Assembly (NCBI RefSeq): GCF_006345805.1 | Contig: NC_043000.1 | Location: 86,676,001 to 86,740,000 of the forward strand | Direction: 5' to 3' | Source: Octopus sinensis | Taxonomy: Eukaryota | Length of the DNA stretch: 64,000 bases | Shown: piece after piece, positions 13,301 to 27,034 of the stretch | Layout of the letters: each line of letters opens with the position of its first letter | How positions within the stretch are numbered: the stretch's first letter is position 1 | Program-made: the position numbers and the translations under genes | The notes under the pieces: generated by a model | What the model was told of the DNA's origin: nothing | What the model saw: the letters and a program-made list of their open reading frames with translations, nothing else | Database searches by the model: none

Positions 13301-16300
13301 ACTACTTTTTCTTGCATTTCAGACATGGTACAAGGTGTGCAGGTGAAGTTGCTGCTGAGAAAGATAACCTTATTTGTAGTGTAGGTGTAGCATATGATGC
13401 CAGTATTGGAGGTAAGCTACAACAAACGTGTTATCTTACAAGAAACTTTTTTTTTTTAAAAAAAGCAAAAAAAAAACCTTCCAATCCTGAGCAAGTTCTA
13501 TGGCAACAATGTACCTGTTCTATTTTCCAGGCGTTCGAATGCTCGATGGTGATGTAACAGATTCTGTTGAAGCTCAATCATTAAGTCATAATCCACAACA
13601 CATTCATGTATACAGTGCTAGTTGGGGACCTGATGATGATGGTCGAACTGTTGATGGACCAGCTACTCTAGCAAGGAAAGCCTTTTTTGATGGAATCACA
13701 AAGGTAACATTAATAATTTAACCTAAATAATTTGACATTTTCACAGCACATTTGAATGGCCCACTGATAACACATTTTCTTCAAAGTCTTGCATTATTTT
13801 CTTATATTTGATAAGCAGAATCACTCTTAAAATACAATAGAAGGATTAAACAACTTACGAGGGACGTTCAATAAGTAATGCCTCTGACCCACTTGCAGTT
13901 GTTTGATCTAGCTGAAATTTTGCTTGTGCAATTATTTATATCTCTATAGATTAAGTGGCAAATTACAGCTCTGAACTAATTGTGGTTTCTGATTTACAGG
14001 TGTTTGAACTGAGTCAAGTGTGAAATGGAGCCTGTTGCGTGTCGAGCAGTGATCCCGTTTTTGTATTTGAAAGGACGCACACCACGGGAGACTTTTGATG
14101 AAATGAAAGTAACTTATGGTGATGATGCCCCATCATATGACCTTGTAAAACGCTGGCATCGTGAATTCAAACATGGTCGGAACTCTGTGGAAACAGCTCT
14201 CAGATCTTGTCCCCCCCCCTTCTGCCATTGATGAGGCAGTTGTCCATCAAGTTGAGGCTGCCATTTTGGAAGATCGACGCATAACTATTTGCCAAATAGC
14301 CCATGAGGTCAAGATTAGTACTGGGTCTGTGGAAACTATCATTCATGACCATTTGCATATGCAAAAGGTGTCAGCCAGATGGATTCCCAGGTTGCTCACA
14401 CCTTTCCAGAAGCAAGAACGCGTCGAGTGCTTAAGGATGAATTTGGAGATGTGCCAAGAAGATGAGTCAAAATTTTTCAAAAGACTGATTACACAGGATG
14501 AAACCTGGGTCCATCACTATGATCCAGAGACCAAAGCCCAGTCAATGCAGTGGAATCACCGTGACTCACCTCCTCCAAAGAAGGCAAGGGTGCAGCCCTC
14601 CGCTAGCAAAGTCATGCTCTCAGACTTCTGGGACCAGGACGGAGTAGTGATGCCAGATTTCCTGGAAAATGGTACCACAATTACAGGAGCCTATTATGCT
14701 TCACTTTTGAGGAAATTAAGAGAAGCTATCAAAATCAAGAGGCGGGGCAAGATCAGCAAAGGTATCCTTCTTCTGCAGGACAACGCTCCGGTCCACAACT
14801 CGCGTGCCGCCAGATCAGAAGCACAGGCGTGCGGCTATGAACTCCTCCCTAATTCCCCCTACTCTCCTGACCTTGCACCCTCTGATTTTCACCTCTTCCC
14901 AGCCATGAAGTTGTTTTTGAAAGGAAAGCGTTTCCCTGATGATGCAGCCTTGATTTCTGAAGTCATGTTCAGGTTGGAGGACCAAGCTGGGGTCTTCTAC
15001 AAAAACGGTCTCCAGAGCCGCATCAAACGATGGGAGAAATGCATAACTCTGGGTGGTTCCTATGTAGAAAAAGACTAATAACTGTGCCAAGTTTCGTTGC
15101 TCTACTGCTATGGGAAGTGGGTCAGGGGCATTACTTATTGAACGCCCCTCACATATGTGGAAGTTACATAAACTTCTAAAATACTCTGAAAATAGTATTT
15201 CTTTTCATTTTGTGAAAATTAGAATTTAATCAGTTTTACTGTTATAAAGCCTTTCTTTTTCTTCTATTTTTTTTTTTTTTGTGACAGTCAATATTTGCAG
15301 AAAAGATTTCAGTTAATCATTACTGAATTATTTTGTATTGTCTAACTTCAAAATACTAACCTGTGTTAAATTGTCCTTTTTCTTTTGAAGCAGTGCAAGA
15401 TTAAGGATCTCTGTGTGTGAAATCACACTGTATAATCTGTGCAATGGATTAAATCCAAGCTGTTTAATAATGTTAATAGTAATAATAGTAGCTGCTGCTA
15501 CAAGCTTACACATTCATGCACACACAGTATAGTAGGCTTCAGTTTGCTTTGGGTCTTTTCCCCCAGTGGACTTGATAGCACAACATGTTAATGGCAGTGT
15601 TTAGTATATCATTTTTACATTCTTCATGTAAATTTCACTGAAGCTGACTTTGTTTTCCATCCTTCTGTGGCCTGTTGGTTGATATAAGTGATTGTTCTTT
15701 CCCCTAAAATATGTTGCATTGTGTCTAAATTAAAAGTCATTCTTAGAATGTTATTTTAAATGTGAATGAATTTGGTAGACAGAAAGAAGTTTTTCATATA
15801 TGTATATGTGTGTACGTGACTGACTATGTCTTGTCTTCACATCAAGAGGTAGTTGTAAATGAGCATCACCAGTGTTTTTTTATTTCCAGTCTTTCATAAA
15901 AACACATTTAGCCTTGGGAAAATATTACATTACTTGGAAACAAGTAAGGGTTGGCTACTGGAGGGGTTCTGGACATAGGAAATCCACCAAAGAATTCCAT
16001 CTGATCCATGTAGGCATGGAAAAGTGGACATTAAAATGATGATGATTCTCACTTCATGGTTGCTTTATTTTATATTGTTTGGTAGAAATATTTATTTCAT
16101 AGACCATGCAGATGAGTCCTATGTTTAGCTGCTGTTCTAGAGTTCCAACATGCCCTATACAGGTTGACCTATGGCAGATTAATAGGTGAATGGACTAATG
16201 CAATCCACTGATCCTAATATATCATGACCTACATTATGTTGTCCAGTTTGCTCTTTTGTAACTGTAAAATTCGGTAGTGGTTACACCATACACTAAATGA

Positions 16301-19300
16301 GTGTTTCATGCCTATGTAAGTGCAATAGATATACTATAGCTTGCAATGTCCTGCACATCAAATTGTCAGGTGCTAAGTGATAATGCTAGACACAAATAAT
16401 ATATTAGCTACTATGATAAAACAACTTGTTGCAATGAAAGTTTTTATAGTCATGTATTGTGTCACAATCAACCAAATAAATTTGAATGCCATTTAGCAAA
16501 TAGAAATACTTTTTCAGTTCTATTAAAAGTCTGTCATGAAAGTCAGCATGGACCAGTAATAGGGATGTTAGAATCTAGAAGAGTTGGATCAAATCTGATC
16601 TTATGTAACAAGTACACTTTGGTTCCACCTTCTATGTGTCTCAGTTTTAACAGAATCAGGCAATGCTAACACTAAAATAGTTTTGTCATCTCTTTTATTG
16701 CAGTGGTCTTTATTTTGTTCCAAAGTCTGAGGATTTATTTATTTATATATATATATTTTTTGAGATTTCCTGCCTTTTCCATCACTTTTCTCTAGTCTTT
16801 GCACCATGATGTTGTCTTCATTGTTATATTTCTTCTGCTTACCTGTCTATTTGCAGACCATTCAGTGAATCAGCTACATCAGTTTGCTCATAAATTTGTT
16901 GTGAATATTTAAAATTTTTGTTGGTTTCTTATAACAACAGAGGTTGGCATCCTATAAACATCTTGCCAATATATTTTCAAATTTCTGTAGTGACGACATA
17001 ACAACCTTGAACATTTAATATAGTGCCTTTTGTACCTCCTCTAACTGCAGAAAGTTACAATGTATGTGTGTGTGTGTGTGTTCATGTTCAAAGTTGTTTA
17101 ATATCTGCAATGAATTTGGTTTATATAACACCTTGTGTGTTCAAAACTGTTGGGTTCTGAAAACAGTGGTTATTTTACTCTATTCTTTCAAGACTCTTGA
17201 TTCACCTTTAGACTGGTTCCAAGAGGCCTTTATTATGACCTATGACTCATCTTTTGATTGCAATTGTTGTGGTTCCAAGGTCCTTTCATATTTCATAAAT
17301 GTAGCTGAATGTTCACACATCATTGATGTCTCTCTTGAATTTTGTTTTCTTACCAGAAAGTCTTCTGTTGTTTGTAACATGTAAAAACTGTAACAGTTTT
17401 TACATTCCTCTATATGCTTTCAGCAGTCTGAGTTATTGTTTAATCTCAGGTCATTGTCAAAAATACTCCAGAGTGATCATTTCATCATCTTTCAGACATG
17501 TCTGGGATAATAGTATCCAATGTATCCTTCCTTTTTTTAAGATGGTAATATGTTTTTTGAGAGAGTTTGGCTTCTATTTCTAGCAAACTGTACAACCATG
17601 TAGAGGATCCTCTTTATTGATTTTTTTGTTACCCCTGACCTTTGCAGGCCCTCTATGGTATACCCTCTATGCAGTATACCATATGGATGCTTAGACACTA
17701 TAAGGAGGGTGAGAGAAGAAATGAATGAGATGGGTATGTCTAAGTAGAAGTAGATTAGTCAATGGATTTTTTTTCTGGCTGATGTGGTCTTTAATACCTG
17801 GTTAACTGAAACAGTTAGTACTTCTTGTAGCTCTTCGTCTTTTTTTCTGTTTCATGGTTTGGTTATGACATTATAAATATGTTTTAGTATTTAAATTTTC
17901 AATGAATTTGTGTCATTTGTCTTTTTTTAACATATCAAATATATTCTAATATCATTATCATTTATTGTCCATTTTCCATGTTGGCATGAGTTAAAGTTTG
18001 AATGGAACTGGTAAGCCAGAGATGTGTATTAGGCTCCAGTATGGTTTGGCTTGGTTTCTATGGTTGGGATGCCCTTCCTAGCACCAACCACTCCAAGAGT
18101 GTAGTGGGTGCATTTTATGTGTCACTAGCACTGGCATGGGTACCTTTTATGTGTCACTGGTACAAATGCCTTTTGCGTGTCACCGGCAAGGGTGCCTTTT
18201 GCATGTCACCGACACGGGTGCCTCTTACATGTCACTGGCACAGGTGCCTCTCACGTGTCACCAGTCATTTCTATGATTTAACTTGGCTTGATGTGTCTTC
18301 TCAAGTACAGCAAACTGACAAAGGGCTTGATTACTTGTTATTGCCTCCATGAGACTCAACATCTAAAGATTATGCTTCACCATCTCGTCCCATGTCTTCC
18401 TGGGCCTACCTCTTTCACAGGTTCCCTCCACAGTTAGAGATTGGCACTTCGCTACACAGCTGTCCTCATGACCATACCAGCAAAATCATTTTGCGCACCA
18501 CATCTGATGCCTGTTATACCCAGTTTTTCTCTCAAGTTGCTTACAGTTTGTCATACTGACATTGCACATCCAACAAAGTTTCATTTCTTTCAAGCCTTCA
18601 CATGTCCTCTACAGTCAGCCATGTAGCATGGTTGTTCTACATAGCAATATATATATATATATATATATATAAAAGAAGTTTAAGCTTAGCATTTCCCCAT
18701 ACACAGGGTGCAAAATATTTGGAGAAAATATTGCACTTCTTTAGAAGTGCTTGGAGATGACACATATGATTCAGGAAAACAACCATAATCCCTTTATAAC
18801 TAACTTTATTTTCATATTAGTTTAGCTTGTTGAATGTAGCCATTGAACTTATAAAAAATGTATTGATTTGTATGTTTACTTTTTTATTTTAGCTGTATAA
18901 TGGAATTTGTGTAGTTTTGATCAAATTATTATTTTTTTTTGGCTGTATGGTGATGTAATAGTAGTATAATTATGATTTCTAACATTGGCATAAAGCCAAA
19001 TATTTGTCATGTAAAGTTAGAAACTGAATCAGCCAATACTAGCAAGAGCTGAAACCAGGATGTCTTGAGAGACAGCGCTAAATATTGTAAGAAGGCATTT
19101 TGTCTGGTGTTGCATTATTTTTGTCACCCAAACATCTAATGACGCTTGACCTGCTAGAAATAGCAGCCAAATCCCCCTCAAATTGCAGTTGTTCAACTCC
19201 TCCAAAGGACACTTTAGTGAACGCCTGGATAAAGATCAAATAATCATATCTTTGATTATAAATATGTTCAATCAGGGCTAGCTTAGAGCTAAGCAACGAC

Positions 19301-22300
19301 AAATCCTGGTGATTATTTTAATGAAAATTCATTCAGGGGATGCAACTCTCCAACCAAGTGTTATTTTCCTTTAATGAGCATATATCTTTTCATAGTATTG
19401 AAATGTGGGCAATAATTAACTCATCACTACACTTGCAAGATGAGGAATTAGAACTACTCTCAATTATAGCTCTCACCACTAAATGAAATCATCTGCTACT
19501 GGTCATCTTTCAAAAGACAAAGAATAAATAGATTAAAAATTATTACAGCAATCCTCATAAATAAACCAAAATATCTGAGCAACATTCAGTAAACAAACAT
19601 TCCTGAGTTGACTGAAAAGTTCATAGGCTGACCAAGATATTCTCATGGAAAGTGGCCAAATTCAGTCCATACTCTTCTTCCATTGGTGTTGCAGTGCTTG
19701 GATCCCGTTAGCAAAGAAGCTTTCCTGACATTGGTCAAAAAGCCATCAACAGCAGTTATACTGTCATCATCACTGCAGTACTGGTTCCCAGCCAAGTGTT
19801 TTTTTTTTTTTTTTTTATGTTGGTGATAGTCAGATGGGGCCAAATCAGGAGACTATGGAGGGTGGTCAACCAGTTCAAAGCTACAGTCATGCAAAGCAGC
19901 CCTTGAAACTAAGGATTTGTGTACTGAAGCATTGTCCTGACAAAACAAGACCCCTTTCTTAAGTTTTCCTGGTCTTGATAGCCTTTTGTAACTGCTTTAG
20001 CAAGTTGTCATAGTACTCTCCATTGATAGTGTGGTCCTTTTGAAGATAGTCAATAAATACAACGCCTTTTGCATCTGGAAAAACAGGTCACCACTTTGAC
20101 CATTCTTGGAGCAGGTGAGGATGAGTGTTTTTCTGCATGGATTGTCTCTTTGTCTCAGGCTCAAAGTGATGAACCTAATACTTACCCTGGGTAAAACATT
20201 CAAGGAAACTAGCTGAATCTGCCTTAATGTCAGATTTTCTTATGTGATCAGCCTGGTGCACTTTGAACCTGGTGTCAGAAAATGTGGCACCCACCAAACA
20301 GAAACCTTTGTCATACCAAGTTCATTGTGCTAAATATTCTCAACTCTCTCTTGGCATATGTTAATAGCATTAGCTATTTGATTTATTGTCAATCGCCTGT
20401 CACCCATCACCATGTGGTAAACATGATCAATGTTTTCCTTGGTGATGGCAGCTGCAGTATTTCCAGACCTTGGGTTATTTTCAAGACTCTCCCTTCCCCA
20501 CTTAAATTCAGCTGCTCACTTTTGTACTGTTGATAAAGCTTCAGTGTCCTCCTCTAAAGCAGCAACCATGTTAGCATGAATGTCCTTGGGATCTAAAACC
20601 TTTTTTTCTGCAAGTATTTGATAACACTATGATGCCAAATTTTGTCCAGTTTCAAGAGAAGTTGCTACTAGTTATTTTTGAAGTCTTCTTTGAACAATCA
20701 GATGTCATTTTAGGTGGAAAGAAACAATGCAATTATTAATAAGAGAAGTTGAAATTAATGCATGCAAGATTTCACAGCTCTAACATCACTCCTTCATAGT
20801 CAACCTATGAACGTTTCAGCCCAACCTTGTAGACCAACATATTTGAGTATCACTCAGCAAGTAGACCAATGTATCTGAGTAACACTCAGTAAATACCAAC
20901 ATATTTTAGTAACACCCAGCAAATAGACTAACATATCTGAGTAATACTTAGTGAATATAACATATCTGAGCAACACTCTAGACTTTATTGCCCCAGGTGT
21001 TTTACATATTCTATTAATATATGCTCAGTTAGTACATGCTCTGTTAGTCAGTGGTCATGTGATCTGTTATAACAAATGAAAAAACTAGTAATTTATAGAA
21101 AATGTGCAGGTATGGCTGTGTGGTAAGAAGCTTGCTTCCCAACCACATAGTTCTGAGTTCAGTACCACTGTGTGACATCTTGGGCAATTGTTTTTTTACA
21201 ATAGCTTTGGGCCAATCAAAACCTTATAAGTGGATTTGGTAGACAGAAACTGAAAGAAGCCCATTATATGTATATATTTGTGTGTGTGTGTGTGTGTATG
21301 TGTTTGCCCCACCACCACCATTGCTTGACAACCATTATTGGTGTGATTACGTCCCTGTAACTTAAAAGTTCGGCAAAAGAGATTGGTAGAATAAGTACTA
21401 GGCTTACAACGAATAAGTCCTGGAGTTGATTTCTTCAAATAAAATAACTTCACTAAGTTGATATAATCATCTCTGGCTTCATAAATTGAAATATGAGAGA
21501 GAACAAGAGAAAGTGCTATTCTAACTAATATCTGTTGAAAGTTTTTAGTTTAAAGGTAGATAGAACATGCTAAACCTTAATTATTTTTGTTTATATTAAG
21601 GTACATGAACTTTTACTAAATCTTGTTATATTATGTATCCTCAACCAATGCCATAAAATCTTTTTGTATGACTTTTATTTATATGTAAATGTAGCTATCA
21701 TAATTCATGTCATGTTTGGAAAATGTTATCCACAACTTGACTACTACAGACTCTTTTGATAAACTTAATATCATCTAAAATATCCGCTGATGTTAAGATA
21801 TAATTGTTATGAAAACAATGGTATTTATTTCATTTTTGGTTATAATTCTTTATCATATTTTGTCTTTCTGTTTTTTAGGGACGAGGAGGTTTGGGATCAA
21901 TATTTGTCTGGGCTTCAGGCAATGGTGGCCGGGATGGAGACAGCTGCAACTGTGATGGTTACACCAATAGTATTTATACCTTATCTATCAGCAGTGCAAC
22001 TGAAAATGGTAATATTCCATGGTATTCAGAAGCCTGTTCATCCACACTAGCAACCACTTACAGTAGTGGGTCCAGTATGGAGAGACAGATTGTAAGTTGT
22101 TTTCTTTGTCAAATACTATTTTCAAATAGAACTGCTCCAGTGTTTGTTTCCTTTCTTACCTTTTTCAGAGAAATATTCATGCATGAATTTTATATTTTGA
22201 GGAGCTTATTTGTTAAAAGTTCTTCAGTTTATTGGTCGTTAAACTCTTGCTCATCTTCAGTTGGGGTTCAGGTTAATGTAAGTGCAAAACCAGAAGCAAT

Positions 22301-25300
22301 CAAAACTTTTTCCTGGTTATTAAAATATTATTTACCGAGTGAAAAACAGAACATGTGTAAATAATATTTTGTTCCCTAACCAAATGAACATATTTGTGTT
22401 TTATTTGATTAAAAATAAAACCATTTTCTACCTTTTTAGTGAAAATATTGAAGTGACTTTAGCAGTGTTTCATCTTGAACAGTAACTCATTTTGGCATTG
22501 GTTCAGTCTGTAGAATGTGATTTGTACCTAGGTCTTCTAAAGCGCTAATGCGCAACATAATATGCCAGAGAATAGAAACAAATATTTAGTTTTAACCATT
22601 TAATTTTCATTACTTTTTTTTATATATTTACCTCATTTCAAGCAAAATATACCTCTTATGCATAAACTTTTGCTTCTCCCAATTCTGCCTTAATAATTGT
22701 GTTACTCCAGAACAGTGGAAATAGCCAGTAGCCTGTTCAAAAAAAGCACATCATCTGTCAGTCTCACTAGCTGCATCACCAAATTGGTGGAATCCTTCTT
22801 CAGAGAGACACACTGAAATTTCTGGAACTCTTGTTACTTTATTTGACTTTCACAATTGGAATTATCTTTCACTCCAGCTGCAGTAGTTAACTCATCAAAT
22901 TTCTTGATGCCGACCAAATCACTGATGGTAGCTCACAGCTGAATGTTATCTGGCTCAATTTGGCAAAGCTCTCTGCAATGGACATGAGAATTAATTTTGA
23001 TAACTGGTTGATGTCCTTGATAAAAGTTTCTTATAGTATTAAGAAAACACTCTGCAGCCTATGCAATGAAATCTGGTTTCTGCAGGGATTTGTTCTTGGG
23101 CTCCTGTTATTTGTGACATAGTAACGAAGCAGAGGCTAACTTAAAGCAAGTTTCTGTGTCAAAATACACAGATATCATTAAGCTGTATTTTAAGATAAAA
23201 CAAGCAGATCCTATATGCTATAGATCTTGCCTGCAGTCTGAACTAAACACAATGCACTAATGGATTGCTGACTGGCAACTCAAAGCTGGCTGCAGACAAG
23301 TGCATCACTATACATTCTTGGGAAGAAAATCTTGGAATTTACTTACTCCCTCCACAATATTAAGATGTTTGCTGGTGCAGATGGCCTAAGCATTATTGCC
23401 AACAATAATCTGCATTAGATAACCACATTTCTAAAATCATAAAAAAGGGTAGAACTAGTTTTACCTATTTAAAGCTATATGTGGTTATCATATGTCCCAC
23501 ACTTAAAGTTCCCATCTCTAGTTTGGAACCCCTTGTCCAGAATAATGATCTACTCAAAGCTGTCCAGAGACATGCAACCAGATGAATACCCTCTTTCGGT
23601 CACCATATCTTAAACATATTACTTCCCTAGGAATCAACACATTAAAGCTTTGACATCTAACTGCTGACTTGGTAGAAGTCCACAAAATTATCCAATTACA
23701 ACTTTGGCCACCTTTTTTTAATATTACCTGTGAACACACTTATAACATCAGGAAACAGCAAGCACCCAACACTTTTGGAACCAGTTATTCACTCTCAGAA
23801 TTGTTGAAGCATGGATTAAACTATCCACTTCAATTCTTAGCTGTTAGAACACTGTAGCCTTCAAAACTTTCATGCTTCTTGAAATTTGTCAACTTCTAAT
23901 AAAGAAGAAAGGATGCCTATGCATTCTTTCCTCCTTATTGTTCTTTTACTGCTCATTTTTCTATATTTTTTGTGTTTTATTTTAAGTACTGTGCATGCAC
24001 TTCTAGCTTTCATTGCTGTCCATTTCTTGAGTTATTGTTGCTTTCATTTAAATCCTCCTCTTTTACCCTTTTCCAATGAGTTGTAATACAGCTGAGCACT
24101 ATAAATAGGAGGCTCATTATATTATTATAATATAATATTTTTGTAGTATTCCATTTTTGAGCATGCTTTAGTATTGAAACCATCTTTTATTATTTAGCAT
24201 TTGGCATAATTTTACTAAATGGTAATTAAAATATGATTGTAAATTTATATGTAATAGGAATGTATAAATGTTTGCTTGAAATGTAATATTTTAAAAAAAT
24301 ATTTCAGGTAACTACCGATCTGAAAAGAGGTTGCACTGAAACGCATACTGGAACAAGTGCTAGTGCTCCTTTGGCTGCTGGTTTATGTGCTTTGGCATTA
24401 CAAGCAAAGTAAGCAGCTACATTTATTAAGTTTTTTTCTTTTTTCTTTGGCATTACAAAGAAAGCAATTAACTCTATTAAATACTTTCTTTTACATTACA
24501 GGCAATGTAAAAGGCTCTGCTTATTAAGTCTTATTTCATATTTAGACTTTTCTTAAATAATTGTTTATTGTTTAGTTTGCAGTATTTAAATCACTGATTT
24601 AAATTTTAAATGTTGATTACAGTCTAATCTTTATTTGCATTTGTATTGATAATCAAATTTTAAAGTAATTTATAACAAACTTTATTATACATTTACTTTT
24701 CTTTAGTTCAATGTTAACATGGCGGGATATGCAACATATAGTTGTTATGACAGCTAAACCTGAAAATCTACGTGCTCAAGATTGGCTTATAAATGGAATT
24801 GGCCGTAAAGGTAAATATAATTTGTTTAGGAATTATTAATTTTAGTATATGTGAAGTATGATATTCATTTGAAGACATTAAAATTTTAATTTTCAAAATT
24901 ATCTTTAAACTAATCCAGAGTTTGCTAATTTCCGTAAAAAAATTCTTATTTGTTTACTTTTGTTTTAAAGGGAAAGAGGGGAGAAAGTGAAAGATGTATG
25001 TATGTGTATATGAAATAGATGGGTGTGTGTGAAAGAGAGAGAGAAAAAACGAGAGTGAGTGAAGGGGTGTGTTGTCATGTATACGTACATACATCAATAC
25101 ATATGTATACATCTTTTTTGTATGTACATGTGCAAGTGTGTGTGTTCTCATGTATGTGCAAGTGGCACTCTCTCTCTCTCTCACACACACACACTCCTCT
25201 CTTTCACTTTAAAACAAAAGTAAATAAATAAAAATGTTTTTCAGGAATTAACAAACAAAACCAGCTGATCTGGATGACAGTTCTCTGAGAGTGAAAGATT

Positions 25301-26985
25301 GTCCCAAGGGAATACCATTACAAAAATCTTTCTGAGTGCATTCAACGTATCTCAGCTCCAAAGATTTGGCTGCTATTTCTGGCACGCCCTGCTACCACAT
25401 AACAGCTACTTGTGATAAAGGACTCAAAATACCTGTTATGTGGTAGCTGGTCATGCACGAAATAGCAGCCAAATCTTTCCTTTCCGGGAAAAAGGAGCAA
25501 TTTACATGTGATTTCAATGTTACATTCATTGAAAGCATGCGAAATAACCTGGGAAAGAAAAGAAAACCCACGAAACAAAACTCCATTGCTAGGAAACTTA
25601 GACTTTCCAGGTGACCCAACCGGTCACAGGTAATCTAGTATATATTCTGAGACATGCTGATGATTGTTTCACAATGTTTCATCATTTTGATATCATCACT
25701 CATAGTTTCAACTGGTAGTTAGTTATCCATTGTCCCTAATTGAAGTAAAACTGTGGGTACCGGCTGCTGAAACATCTATTGAGTGTAGCTCTCATATTAT
25801 AAAGATGAAAATTTTCCTCTAATATCCAAGTATGGGATTCTTTGAGGTATGCTCTCAACTCATCTTTTGTAATGTATCCATTAACATAACTGACAGACTT
25901 TACCTAAAATCATCTGGGAACAAGACTATAACCCTTGTTACCTCTGATCTTGTGAGGTGTGATGAATAACCTCAAATGCAAGCCTGATACATTGTGCTGC
26001 AAGGAATTCTACAAACAGAAGAGGCAAAATGCATGACAGCAAATCTTGGGCATGTCTTTCAAACAAATAATTATTGGTATTTATTTATCTTTCTTCAAAG
26101 CATAATATCAGAAATGTTTTGAGATTTTAATTAGGCATTTGCTGATGATCTTGTTGTGAGCAATAAACAGTAGAAATGTAAATATTGTTTACATGATTGA
26201 ATCTTTACATCATTTCATTTAACATCAAACTTTTCAAAAGACTGCCTATACAGGAACTTCTCAGCTTTGTTGATTGAAATCAATATAATTCCATCAAGAA
26301 ATGCTACTCCTTGTTGCTAGATAGTCTTGGTTTGTTGCCTTTATCAAAGAAAGCAACTATCTCAAGATTTTGAAAATTTCAACATTTGAAATTATGAAAA
26401 ACATTTTCATGGTCTTCTTTAAAATTTTCTCTTATAGTGAGTCATTCTTTTGGATATGGTTTGATGGATGCTGCTGAAATGGTATCTTTAGCCAAAAACT
26501 GGACCACTGTGCCAAAACAACAAGTATGTGAAATCCGTTATCCTGAAAAAAGCAGGTAAATACTGTTTTAAAATGTACATTGATATTGAATTTTAAGATT
26601 AACTAAGACTTAGGGAATATTACAGTTGGTTTCATTTTTATGCCATTTTACTGTAGAATATATTGTTGACCTCTTGGGAAAAAAGACTCACTACCTTCTG
26701 CTACTGATTGCTTCTTCTTGGTGCTAGCTTCATATATTAAAATGATATGTATTTGTAATTATAGTTAGAATAATGTCCCTTGACTTAGAATGTAACAGGA
26801 TTTCAGTAACATCTCTTTACATTTTGATAAAGTAATTTAAACAGATGATTTTCTCTATTACATATGTATATTGGGTTCCTTTTTGATGTTATATTTGTTC
26901 TAGTTTTCTTTTCTTTTTTTTACATTTCTTTGTTGGCTTCTTATTGTGATGTAAAGCAGATGTTGAATTACAGATTCACTACACA

Positions 26986-27034
<49 letters not shown>

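Noticed and set aside
14000-15078. SETMAR-like in-frame furin-transposase fusion
   Set aside because: Splicing from the phase-0 donor reaches TGA at 14021-14023; the ATG is 25 nt from the acceptor, so it is out of frame.
20832-20985. CRISPR-like array
   Set aside because: These are head-to-tail tandem units with no unique spacers, in a eukaryotic intron with no cas genes.
21891-22364. 157-aa ORF as a standalone gene (likewise 13267-13557, 13500-13721, 29104-29499)
   Set aside because: They are furin exons extended into intron sequence; only the 29450 read-through is kept as a hypothesis.
24301-24315. AG|GTAACT at an exon start and AG/TGAGT at 26436-26442 as recursive-splice sites
   Set aside because: Both are dictated by conserved protein sequence (VTT, VSH) and there is no independent evidence.
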